DNA of 64,000 nt from an uncultured Candidatus Bathyarchaeia archaeon (GTDB lineage Archaea; Thermoproteota; Bathyarchaeia; Bathyarchaeales; Bathycorpusculaceae): positions 9,107 through 73,106 of the forward strand of contig CAYYXF010000001.1 of NCBI GenBank assembly GCA_964475545.1, in the 5' to 3' direction. Within the stretch, counting starts at the first letter, position 1. The number at the start of each line of letters is the position of its first letter. The notes under the pieces were generated by a model. It made no database searches, was not told where the DNA came from, and saw nothing but the letters and a program-made list of their open reading frames with translations. Shown piece by piece: positions 34,543 to 42,789 of this stretch. Made by a program: the position numbers and the translations under genes.

Positions 34543-34603
34543 GAGCCGATGATGCTAGAAGAGCCGTCTGACTTGTGACGATACTTATATGGGGCTGAGG
34601 CTT
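34543..34603 (+). ncRNA. C/D-box sRNA candidate (2'-O-methylation guide)
   Basis: It lies in a 327-bp ORF-free spacer. Layout: terminal stem GAGCC(34543-47)/GGCUU(34599-603); C box AUGAUGC (34549-55); 12-nt guide; D' CUGA (34568-71); 3-nt linker; C' GUGACGA (34575-81); 13-nt guide; D box CUGA (34595-98). The spacing matches the canonical archaeal C/D architecture. Confidence 0.5.
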
Positions 34604-34773
34604 CAGCACATTGCTTCGTGCGGGCAGAGTCCAATCCATTTAGGCTCGTTTCACGGGGGGCGCCACGTCATCTTTGGAGAGGAACGTCCTACAGAGGTGC
34701 ATGCTATGCGCTCGCAGTTGAGCCACTATCATGATTGAGAAAGAACTTGCGCTCAGGCCGCAGATTCTGGTAT

Positions 34774-35208
34774 TCAACTTCTGCGCTTACGTGGCAAGTG
34801 AACTTCTAAGATTCCTTTCTTGAGGCTGATTTTCATCTTGTCCATTTTCACAGGCACTGGAATGCGAGAATGACAGTGGAGTCTCTGGAATTCTCCTTTA
34901 TGGTGTGTTATCCCCATTTCCTTGAAGGTCATTTTTCGTTTCATTTCTGCGGAAATTTCAAGTGTATCCTCATCCAGCGGTTTCACTTGCACCGTCTTCT
35001 CTTTTGTAAGAGGGAGGTCAACGGTCACCACGACTTCGGTCGGCGTCACTATCATGTCGCGGAGCGGCTCCATTGTGGAGGCTTTCTGGTTCCAGCTTGG
35101 CCTTTCCATTAGCCTCTCTCTCCGCCTTTCAAATTCCTTTTCCAAGTCGTCAAAATAGTCGTCAAAAAGATCCATGACTGAACGTTTTCTCTTGATCGCC
35201 ATTATCAT
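34774..35208 (-). CDS. hsp20: Small heat-shock protein (Hsp20/alpha-crystallin family)
   Basis: 144-aa ORF with alpha-crystallin domain patterns VVVTVDLPLTKEKTVQVKPLDEDTLEISAE and ISLKKGILEVHLPRK. Confidence 0.7.
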   Translation of the reverse strand: MIMAIKRKRSVMDLFDDYFDDLEKEFERRRERLMERPSWNQKASTMEPLRDMIVTPTEVVVTVDLPLTKEKTVQVKPLDEDTLEISAEMKRKMTFKEMGITHHKGEFQRLHCHSRIPVPVKMDKMKISLKKGILEVHLPRKRRS

Positions 35209-35216
35209 CTTCCTCC

Positions 35217-35960
35217 CTACGACACGTATACCGGTATGTCGTACTCTTGGGTCTTCTTCATTTTGGACATCTCTTCCTGAGTTCGCTTCATCACATCTCT
35301 AGCCTTTAGCCGTATTTCCTCACCTTTTTCCAAGAGTTTCGCAATGTCCACTTTTATTCCCGTTACCTTCGCCAAACCCTTCAGCACCTCCGCGGCCGCC
35401 TCCGGATCTGGATAGTTGACGAAACATTGTGCAAGTAGCGTCATTGCTGGTAAGCCTATTTGGGCACAACGCATGAGCATGATTGCCTGGGGGCCGACCA
35501 GGTAGCCTTCCAACAAGGCTTCAATGCCTTTGTCCTGAACCATTTTTAGCATTTCTGGAGTTGACGCGGCCGCAAACACCTTCAATTCCTTCGCATCCTG
35601 CCTGTCTTGGATGGGTATACCGCTCAACGAAACCATCATCTTGACCTTCTTAGCCTTTCCCCAATCAATTAAAGCATCAATCACTGGATAGATGACGTCC
35701 GCAGCTAATGGCATCTCAGAGACGGCCAGCAGAATATTATGGTTCCCAAAGATCCTTATGCTAGAATGAGGCAGTCCATCGTGTAGGACTATGAGCGGCG
35801 GCAGCAATTTTGAATCCATGTAGGCCACCTCGGCCAGGTTAAGCTCTTCCATCAAATGCGAGGCTGCTATCACTCCGACCAGTCCGACGTCTGGGAAACC
35901 GAAGAGCATAGTGGCCCCTTGTGGAATCTGCTTCTTTTCTATGATGTTAATCTCACTCAA
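35217..35960 (-). CDS. PAC2-family proteasome assembly chaperone (COG1938)
   Basis: 247-aa ORF (TTG start). The N-terminal pattern GATMLFGFPDVGLVGVIAASHL is characteristic of archaeal PAC2/PbaA-B-type proteins. Confidence 0.7.
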   Translation of the reverse strand: MSEINIIEKKQIPQGATMLFGFPDVGLVGVIAASHLMEELNLAEVAYMDSKLLPPLIVLHDGLPHSSIRIFGNHNILLAVSEMPLAADVIYPVIDALIDWGKAKKVKMMVSLSGIPIQDRQDAKELKVFAAASTPEMLKMVQDKGIEALLEGYLVGPQAIMLMRCAQIGLPAMTLLAQCFVNYPDPEAAAEVLKGLAKVTGIKVDIAKLLEKGEEIRLKARDVMKRTQEEMSKMKKTQEYDIPVYVS

Positions 35961-36073
35961 ACGTGATTCCTCAAATACTTAGAAATGTGTTTGCTGTAAA
36001 AAGCTTATTGAGAGCAACCTTAAAGGGCAGAATACCTATCTAGAGACTTAGCACTTCAAGTCTGGAGAAAATC

Positions 36074-37408
36074 ATGGCAATAGAACATTTAGGCTCTTCT
36101 CTTTACGATGCGATAAAAAAACTCTTCAAAGCATCTGTTATAGACGAGGCTGCCGTCAAGGAGCTTGTGCGTGACATACAGAGGGCTCTGCTACAATCCG
36201 ACGTTAACGTCAAGCTTGTACTTGAGATTTCAAAGCGAATAGAGGAAAGAGCACTGAAAGAGAATGTTCCGCCAGGAATTTCGAGGCGTGAGCATGTAAT
36301 AAAAGTTGTTTATGAGGAGCTTACGAGATTTCTGGGAGAAAAAGCTGTCGCAGTAAAGTTTGAGCCCGGAAAAAGAAAGACAATCATGCTTGTTGGCATC
36401 CAGGGTTCCGGGAAAACAACAAACGCTGCCAAGCTCGCTAGATACTTCCAAAAAAGGGGTCTCAAATCCGCATTGATCTGTGCAGACACATTTAGGCCTG
36501 GTGCCTACGCGCAGCTTCAACAGCTGGCCAACAGAATAAACGTGCCGATATACGGCGATGTGAAAGCCAAAGACTCTCTGAAAGTGGTAAACGAAGGACT
36601 AAAACAGTTCGCAGACAAAGACGTGATAATCATAGACACTTCTGGTCGTCACAAAGAGGAACAGGAATTAATCAAAGAAATGAGAATGCTTGAGAACAAT
36701 ATTAGGCCGGATGAAGTAGTGCTAGTGATCGACGGAACAATCGGCCAGCAGGCACTGGCTCAGGCTGAAGCTTTCAACGAGGCAACACCAATAGGCTCAA
36801 TTCTCGTAACGAAGCTGGATGGTTCAGCAAGGGGAGGAGGGGCGCTCTCAGCAGTTGCGGCAACTGGGGCACCTATAAAGTTCATCGGAACCGGAGAGAA
36901 AGTTGAAGACATCGAGCCTTTCGTTCCCTCCCGGTTTGTTGGGCGACTTTTAGGCATGGGAGACTTGGAGACTCTGCTTGAGAGAGTGCGTGACGCAGAA
37001 GTTAAGGTTCCTCAAAAGAAGGCTAAGGCCATTCTCAGCGGCAAGTTCACGTTAACAGATATGTATGAGCAGTTTGAAGCCATGAAGGGAATGGGTACAT
37101 TTCGAAAGCTTCTGAAAATGATACCTGGCATGTCTTATGACATACCCGAAGATATGCTAAACACCGCTGAGGGCAGGCTGGAAAAATGGCGTGTGATGAT
37201 TCAGTCCATGACTCCCCAGGAAAAGGAAAATCCGAAGATCTTCAATGCCTCAAGGATGAAGAGAGTGGCCAGAGGTTCTGGAACAGGCGAGAAAGAGGTG
37301 AAGGAACTCCTGAAGCAATATGTAATGATGCGCCGTATGCTCAAGACTCTCAGGAGAAAGAAGAAGCTGCCCTTTTTTGGAAAAGGTATGCCTCTTGACT
37401 TGAAATAG
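36074..37408 (+). CDS. srp54: Signal recognition particle protein SRP54
   Basis: 444-aa ORF with GTPase motifs GIQGSGKTT, DTSGR and TKLDG, plus a Met-rich M domain (MKGMG..LLKMIPGM). Confidence 0.95.
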   Translation: MAIEHLGSSLYDAIKKLFKASVIDEAAVKELVRDIQRALLQSDVNVKLVLEISKRIEERALKENVPPGISRREHVIKVVYEELTRFLGEKAVAVKFEPGKRKTIMLVGIQGSGKTTNAAKLARYFQKRGLKSALICADTFRPGAYAQLQQLANRINVPIYGDVKAKDSLKVVNEGLKQFADKDVIIIDTSGRHKEEQELIKEMRMLENNIRPDEVVLVIDGTIGQQALAQAEAFNEATPIGSILVTKLDGSARGGGALSAVAATGAPIKFIGTGEKVEDIEPFVPSRFVGRLLGMGDLETLLERVRDAEVKVPQKKAKAILSGKFTLTDMYEQFEAMKGMGTFRKLLKMIPGMSYDIPEDMLNTAEGRLEKWRVMIQSMTPQEKENPKIFNASRMKRVARGSGTGEKEVKELLKQYVMMRRMLKTLRRKKKLPFFGKGMPLDLK

Positions 37409-37433
37409 TTGGAGAGGTCTAGAAGGTCCTTCT

Positions 37434-38774
37434 ATGAGTGTTCTGCAAGAATCGCTAAGAATGATCGAAAAATATCCTCTGTGCGATAATTGCTTGGGAA
37501 GACAGTTCGCCCTGCTCGGGCACGGAGTTGAAAATGGCGAACGTGGAAAATCAATAAAACTAGCCTTGACATTAGAGGCCCACAGAACGTCTCTCAGCAG
37601 CAAAGAGGCTGTGAAGATTCTTAAAACCCTCGCCACCAACGGTTTCTCAAGAACGGCACAAGAAATACTGCAGAAAATGAAGAAACGTGTCCCAAGCAAA
37701 AGCTTTCCGAAGAAATGCTATCTTTGCGAAGACAGATTCGAAGAAATTGAACGCATGGCAAAGAAGGCCCTAACAATGCTAAAGCCATATGAATACAGCA
37801 ACTTCCTGGTAGGAATAGAATTGCCTATAGACGCGGCTGAGCGCGAGGACGAGTTCAAAGCCGAGTTCACAGTCGAGCATGGAGAGAGCATGCGAAACGA
37901 ACTTGGACGACTGATAGGGAAGAGACTTGCCCAAGAAAACGGAAAAACTGTGGAGTTTATGAAGCCGGAAGTGGTTGTGCTTGTCAATCCATACACTGAG
38001 GCAGTGAAGCTCCAAGTGAACCCACTATTTGTCGCTGGACGGTACCGAAAGCTGGTCAGGAATATTCCACAATCAAAGTGGTTCTGCTCAGATTGCCGAG
38101 GGCGAGGCTGCGAAAAATGCAACTGGACTGGCAAGATGTATCCACAGTCAGTAGAAGAAATCATTGGAAAACCCTTCTTAGACGCGACAAGTGGTGTAAC
38201 CTCGTCATTCCACGCGTCTGGAAGGGAGGATATCGACGCTCGCATGTTAGGAAATGGACGACCATTCGTAATTGAAATAACAAGGCCTAAACAGCGCTTC
38301 TTAGATCTTGAGAAGCTTGAGAAGGCCGTAAACGCCCATGGAAAGGGGAAGGTCAAAGTTTCAAACTTGGGGCTTGCAAACAAAGACGTTGTGAGAGGGT
38401 TGAAAAGGGCGGAATCAACACAGAAAGAATATCGTATGACTGTTGAATTCGAAAATGATGTCAGGGTCAAGGATCTGGATCTGTTGAAAGAGAAGCTAAA
38501 AAACTCCATGATCGCTCAGAAGACTCCGATTCGTGTTCTGCATAGGCGTGCAGATCTAACGCGGGAAAAGTACATATACGACGTGAATATAAAGAAACTC
38601 TCGCCCAAAAAGGTTGAGATGAAGCTACGTTGCCAAGGAGGGCTTTATGTTAAGGAGTTGGTGACTGGAGATGAAGGAAGGACAACGCCTAGCGTTTCAG
38701 AGATCCTCAAAAACAAGGGCAAACCCTCGAAACTTGATGTTTTGAACGTGATTATGGGAGATTCGGGAAGGTAA
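37434..38774 (+). CDS. pus10: tRNA pseudouridine(54/55) synthase Pus10
   Basis: 446-aa ORF. It has an N-terminal zinc module (CDNCLGRQF.., CYLCEDRF, CSDCRGRGCEKC), a THUMP region and the catalytic motif ASGREDIDARMLGNGRPFVIEI. Confidence 0.85.
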   Translation: MSVLQESLRMIEKYPLCDNCLGRQFALLGHGVENGERGKSIKLALTLEAHRTSLSSKEAVKILKTLATNGFSRTAQEILQKMKKRVPSKSFPKKCYLCEDRFEEIERMAKKALTMLKPYEYSNFLVGIELPIDAAEREDEFKAEFTVEHGESMRNELGRLIGKRLAQENGKTVEFMKPEVVVLVNPYTEAVKLQVNPLFVAGRYRKLVRNIPQSKWFCSDCRGRGCEKCNWTGKMYPQSVEEIIGKPFLDATSGVTSSFHASGREDIDARMLGNGRPFVIEITRPKQRFLDLEKLEKAVNAHGKGKVKVSNLGLANKDVVRGLKRAESTQKEYRMTVEFENDVRVKDLDLLKEKLKNSMIAQKTPIRVLHRRADLTREKYIYDVNIKKLSPKKVEMKLRCQGGLYVKELVTGDEGRTTPSVSEILKNKGKPSKLDVLNVIMGDSGR

Positions 38775-38778
38775 AAAG

Positions 38779-39075
38779 ATGAGAGGGTCAAAGGGTTATC
38801 GTTCAGGTGCACGGCGACTACTGACAAAAGAACCTAGAGAGCGCGGGAAAATCAAGCTGAGCAAACTGCTGCAGGAGTATCAGCTTGGGAGCCGTGTTGT
38901 CGTTAAAATCGACCCAAGCGTCCAAAAAGGGATGCCGCATAGGCGCTATCACGGCAGAATTGGCACTGTAACCGAGAAGCGTGGACGAAGCTACGTTGTG
39001 ACCGTTTCCCAGGGAGACACAGTAAAGGAAATTATTGTCAGACCCGAACATCTGGAACCGTTCAAGGGTGATTAG
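38779..39075 (+). CDS. rpl21e: 50S ribosomal protein L21e
   Basis: 98-aa ORF: MRGSKGYRSGARRLL...GMPHRRYHGRIGTV, the canonical eL21 pattern. Confidence 0.92.
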   Translation: MRGSKGYRSGARRLLTKEPRERGKIKLSKLLQEYQLGSRVVVKIDPSVQKGMPHRRYHGRIGTVTEKRGRSYVVTVSQGDTVKEIIVRPEHLEPFKGD

Positions 39076-39076
39076 A

Positions 39077-39415
39077 ATGTCGAAAGAAAGCGTTGCGGAA
39101 AAGAAGCTCACGCTTCCACAAGTCAAGAAGCTGCTGGAATCAGGCGGTGAAGAGAACTTGGATCAACTGCAGCGCCGAACGTTTGATTACGTGTCCAAAT
39201 TTTCCAAAGTGAGCGTTGAAGCAGCCGAAAAATTGGTGGAAAGACTTGTAAGAGAATTCGGCTTGGAAGAGGAAGAGGCAGTCCAAATAGTCAATTGCAT
39301 GCCGAAGACAGTTGATGAGTTGAGAGTTTTTCTTGCTGGCGGTCGCAAGATTGTCGATGTCTCAATAATGAAGACCATCGTCAGCCTCCTGGATGAACAT
39401 CAAAAGGCGAAATAG
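39077..39415 (+). CDS. rpo4: DNA-directed RNA polymerase subunit Rpo4 (RpoF)
   Basis: The ATG at 39077 comes right after the L21e stop (the ORF-track start at 39035 overlaps L21e). The 112-aa helical protein has the Rpb4/RpoF pattern (LTLPQVKKLLE..RTFDYVSKFSK..AEKLVERL) and sits in the conserved L21e-RpoF-DUF655-KsgA context. Confidence 0.8.
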   Translation: MSKESVAEKKLTLPQVKKLLESGGEENLDQLQRRTFDYVSKFSKVSVEAAEKLVERLVREFGLEEEEAVQIVNCMPKTVDELRVFLAGGRKIVDVSIMKTIVSLLDEHQKAK

Positions 39416-39474
39416 CCAGAGCGGTGGTCTAGCAACCATTTTTTAAGCAACAAAAACGTAAGATAGAGGCTAAT

Positions 39475-40050
39475 ATGACCATGATGGAGAAGCGGTACGA
39501 AGAGTACGCTTACGTTTTAGATTTCCTGTCACACGGCCGCGCTGGAGTACGCCCAACTGGAAGAGCAGGGTATCGAGCGGGAGCTCTAGTTCAGTTGATG
39601 GGCGAAGAGTTCTTCACGCTGTTAGAAGCCTTAGTAAAGGACAGCGTAACGTTGAAGGCTCAGGACCGCGTCTACGTCGGAAAAGAACCGCGCGAAGAAA
39701 TCACTTACATCATTGGCAGAATAGGATACGACGAGCTGACAGCCACCGCGAAGATGGAAATATCAGCAGTCATAAGCAGAATAGTACTGAGCCGCGAAAA
39801 CTGGTTCATAAATTTCTTCAATAATGCAAGAGCAATAACGCCGAGAATGCACGCGTTGGAGCTGATTCCTGGAATAGGGAAGAAATACATGTGGCAGGCC
39901 ATAAATGAACGTGAAAAAAGACCTTTTGAAAGCTATGATGATCTACAGAAACGCACAGAGCTGCCTAATCCTGTCAAATTGATAACCAAGAGAGTCATGG
40001 AAGAACTGTCAGGCGACAGCAAATACAGACTGTTCACAAGAGCCCAGTAG
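39475..40050 (+). CDS. DUF655/COG1491 nucleic-acid-binding protein (OB fold + HhH)
   Basis: 191-aa ORF with YAYVLDFLSHGR at the N-terminus and LELIPGIGKK (HhH) near the C-terminus. It holds the conserved position between rpoF and ksgA. Confidence 0.75.
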   Translation: MTMMEKRYEEYAYVLDFLSHGRAGVRPTGRAGYRAGALVQLMGEEFFTLLEALVKDSVTLKAQDRVYVGKEPREEITYIIGRIGYDELTATAKMEISAVISRIVLSRENWFINFFNNARAITPRMHALELIPGIGKKYMWQAINEREKRPFESYDDLQKRTELPNPVKLITKRVMEELSGDSKYRLFTRAQ

Positions 40051-40061
40051 TGTAGCCGAAC

Positions 40062-40898
40062 TTGTCCACGAGTGATATGAGCCTCCTAGAAAGAACGAAG
40101 CTTCTGCTTCGAAGATATCGAATCTCTCCGAACAAGCTACTAGGGCAAAACTTCATGATTGAGCCTTCAATTTTCCAAAGCATGAGTGACTATGTCTCAT
40201 TAGACCAAGATGACGTGACGTTGGACATTGGCGCGGGTCTTGGCTTCCTCACACGTTTTCTGGCGGAAAAGTGTAGAAGTGTTTTAGCTGTTGAAGCAGA
40301 CGGTAGGCTTGTGACGGTTCTACGCGAACAACTTCAGGATTTGCCGAAGGTTACAATAATCAAAGGTAACGTGCTCAAAATTCAGATTCCAGAATTCAAC
40401 AAAGTCGTGTCGATTCCCCCTTACCAGATTTCTTCGCGCCTTCTCTTGTGGCTCTTCAAAAGGAATATCGCCTCTTCAGTTTTGATCCTTCAGAAGGAGT
40501 TTGCGAATCGCCTAATGGCTCCAGTGGGAAGCGAAGACTATGGATGGCTAACAGTTCTCACATATTATAATACAGAGTGTGAGCGCTTAGATTTCGTGCC
40601 AAAGTGGGTGTTCTATCCACAGCCTGAAGTGGATTCGACCATCGTGCGCTTGAAGCCGAGAAAGCATTCACCTTTCGAGGTGACCAACGAAGCCCTGTTT
40701 ACCAAGTTGGTGCAAAGCATTTTTGCTCAACGCAATAGAAAAGTCAGAAATGCTATTCGCCCGTTTCTGAAAGGCGTGCTCGCAAGAACTGACGAAGATG
40801 CTGAGACTATTGCTCAAAGGCTTCCGCATTGCAGTGAACGGGTGAGACAGCTGGCGCCAGAAGATTTCGGAGCGTTGTCTAATGCCATTTCCAGCTAA
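40062..40898 (+). CDS. rsmA: 16S rRNA (adenine1518/1519-N6)-dimethyltransferase KsgA/RsmA (Dim1)
   Basis: 278-aa ORF with the pattern LGQNFMIEP, SAM motif LDIGAGLGFLT and IPPYQISS. Confidence 0.9.
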   Translation: MSTSDMSLLERTKLLLRRYRISPNKLLGQNFMIEPSIFQSMSDYVSLDQDDVTLDIGAGLGFLTRFLAEKCRSVLAVEADGRLVTVLREQLQDLPKVTIIKGNVLKIQIPEFNKVVSIPPYQISSRLLLWLFKRNIASSVLILQKEFANRLMAPVGSEDYGWLTVLTYYNTECERLDFVPKWVFYPQPEVDSTIVRLKPRKHSPFEVTNEALFTKLVQSIFAQRNRKVRNAIRPFLKGVLARTDEDAETIAQRLPHCSERVRQLAPEDFGALSNAISS

Positions 40899-41499
40899 AC
40901 AAGTGTTCTTTGCCGACTACGTCTTCAATGTCCCTGAGAATGTCTACGTGCCCGCCGAGGATTCATTTCTCTTTGCTGAGAACCTAGCGGTTGAACGAGG
41001 CGACTACGTTCTTGACATCGGAACTGGATGCGGAATCTTGGGCATAGTCGCAGCAACGAACGCCGCCAAAGTTGTCGCCGTGGACATAAATCCCCACGCG
41101 ATTAGGTGCGCAAAAGAAAACGCGAAGCTGAACAACATGATCGACAAGTTGCTCTTAATACAAGGAGACTTACTTTCCGCATTGAGAACAGAAGAAAGAT
41201 TCGATCTGATCCTTTTCAACGCTCCATACCTTCCAGCAAGCCATACTAAACACGGATCTTGGCTTGAACGCGCTTGGGCAGGCGGAAAGAATGGCAGGCA
41301 AGTCATAGACAGATTCATCTGCCAATTGCCAGATCACATGATGCCTGACGGTCGAATCCTACTGCTGCAATCAACACTGTCCAATCTCAACAGAACTGTG
41401 GAGAGCTTCAACGACGGGGGTTTGAAAACCCGAATTATCGCCTCACAGAATTTGCCGTTCTTCGAGTCAATAGCTCTGATCGAAGCAAGACACAGTTGA
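40882..41499 (+). CDS. HemK/Mtq2-like N5-glutamine methyltransferase
   Basis: 205-aa ORF with VYVPAEDSFLF, SAM motif VLDIGTGCGILG and an NPPY-type motif present as FNAPYLP. It overlaps the ksgA end by 17 nt. Confidence 0.75.
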   Translation: MPFPAKQVFFADYVFNVPENVYVPAEDSFLFAENLAVERGDYVLDIGTGCGILGIVAATNAAKVVAVDINPHAIRCAKENAKLNNMIDKLLLIQGDLLSALRTEERFDLILFNAPYLPASHTKHGSWLERAWAGGKNGRQVIDRFICQLPDHMMPDGRILLLQSTLSNLNRTVESFNDGGLKTRIIASQNLPFFESIALIEARHS

Positions 41500-41530
41500 G
41501 CAATCTATTCAAGCTTGAAAAAGCATCGGG

Positions 41531-42139
41531 TTAATCAAGGATTTTCTGCATTCTCAACTCATCTCTCACTGGTAGTCCGCCGATGCCCGGCAGGATCTGA
41601 CCGTGCTTCTCTGCTATGACGTTTGGTTTTACAGCAAAAATCTGAAAGCCTAACGACTGGTAGAACGCTAAGGCTGGTAGATTGTCATTTGAAGTTGAAA
41701 CCAACAGCTTCCTATTTCGTGATCCTCTAGCCTCTGCTTCAACCTTCCCGATCAAAGTATTACCAATCCCAGAACCCTGATATTCAGGTCGCACGCCCAA
41801 GGCTATAATTATCAAGTTGTCCTCATCTTTAGCAAAAGAGACAAACCCCGCAGTCTTCCTGCCTATTTTTGCTACGTATGCTAGTTGCTCGGAAACGTTG
41901 AATCTTCTGTCGAAGGTGAGCTGTTCCTCTTCTCCCCAAAATCGTCTGACGAACTCTCTGATCTCCTCTTTCTCTCTTTTTGACGAAAGCCTCTTAACAA
42001 CATGCCTTGCCTTGTTTTTCGCTAAGCATGAAGGGCATATTATCCGCTGTTTTGCATGTCCTTCACATACAAGCGTGCCACAACCACCGCATCTGTAAAC
42101 TGCGGCATTCCCGCAGTATTTGCAGTTCAATGGATTCAT
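41531..42139 (-). CDS. GNAT acetyltransferase with an N-terminal cross-brace (HIT/B-box-like) zinc finger
   Basis: 202-aa ORF. The N-terminus CKYCGNAAVYRCGGCGTLVCEGHAKQRIICPSC has the pattern C-x2-C-x7-C-x2-C-x4-C-x2-H-x6-C-x2-C. The GNAT motif A is LGVRPEYQGSGIGNTLI. Confidence 0.7.
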   Translation of the reverse strand: MNPLNCKYCGNAAVYRCGGCGTLVCEGHAKQRIICPSCLAKNKARHVVKRLSSKREKEEIREFVRRFWGEEEQLTFDRRFNVSEQLAYVAKIGRKTAGFVSFAKDEDNLIIIALGVRPEYQGSGIGNTLIGKVEAEARGSRNRKLLVSTSNDNLPALAFYQSLGFQIFAVKPNVIAEKHGQILPGIGGLPVRDELRMQKILD

Positions 42140-42222
42140 CTTCTCTTCACTTGTTTTGTCGAAAAACTATATAACGTGAAAGGTTCAGTATTGTAGGAAA
42201 GCTTTGGGGGAGGTCTAACGCA

Positions 42223-42744
42223 ATGTGCGTGTTAGGCAAGGACAAGCTAAGAGAGCTTATTGAAAACTACAAGTGCATATACCCGTATGATTACACCTTG
42301 CTCGATGGAGACGGGTATATTCTAACAGTCAAGGAAGAAACGACCTTGCACTATCTAGAACATAAGAACCTGATATCATATGAAGTGGTTTTTGTCCCGC
42401 CTAACTATGTGGCTCATTTGACAGCCAAGAGTAAATACGGCAGAATGGGGCTGTCCTTCTTGAACGCTGCAAAAGTTCACAGCGGATTCGTAGGAAGACT
42501 GGCCTTGGAACTAGTAAACTTGAGCAACGAGCGGCACCCAATTACAATTAAGCGTGGAGACCCTTTCATGCACATTGAATTCGTCACTCGAGAAGGTCTA
42601 CCGGCACCCTACAATGGAGAATACCAGTTCCAATACCTGACTGATGATGAAATGCAGATGTACATACCAATTATGAAGAAGGTTTTCCCGAATTACGATG
42701 AGCTTGCCAAAATGTGGTTCAAGAACAAACGATTGTTGACATGA
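42223..42744 (+). CDS. dcd: dCTP deaminase / dUTPase-superfamily protein
   Basis: 173-aa ORF with the patterns AHLTAKSKYGRMGLSF.NAAKVHSGFVGRLALELVNLS and IKRGDPFMHIEF, typical of trimeric Dcd/Dut enzymes. Confidence 0.7.
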   Translation: MCVLGKDKLRELIENYKCIYPYDYTLLDGDGYILTVKEETTLHYLEHKNLISYEVVFVPPNYVAHLTAKSKYGRMGLSFLNAAKVHSGFVGRLALELVNLSNERHPITIKRGDPFMHIEFVTREGLPAPYNGEYQFQYLTDDEMQMYIPIMKKVFPNYDELAKMWFKNKRLLT

Positions 42745-42789
42745 CCAGCAAGAGCAAGCAAATGTTACATTGTCTCTTAACATCCGATT

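Noticed and set aside
37718-38509. 263-aa ORF antisense to pus10. There are similar long antisense ORFs at 44385-44996 (203 aa), 25066-25629 (187 aa), 61678-62325 (215 aa), 12201-12644, 29932-30396 and 28723-29142.
   Set aside because: Each lies entirely inside a sense-strand gene with strong family motifs. Their translations are low-complexity (Ser/Arg/Pro-rich) with no recognisable motifs. They look like typical shadow ORFs.
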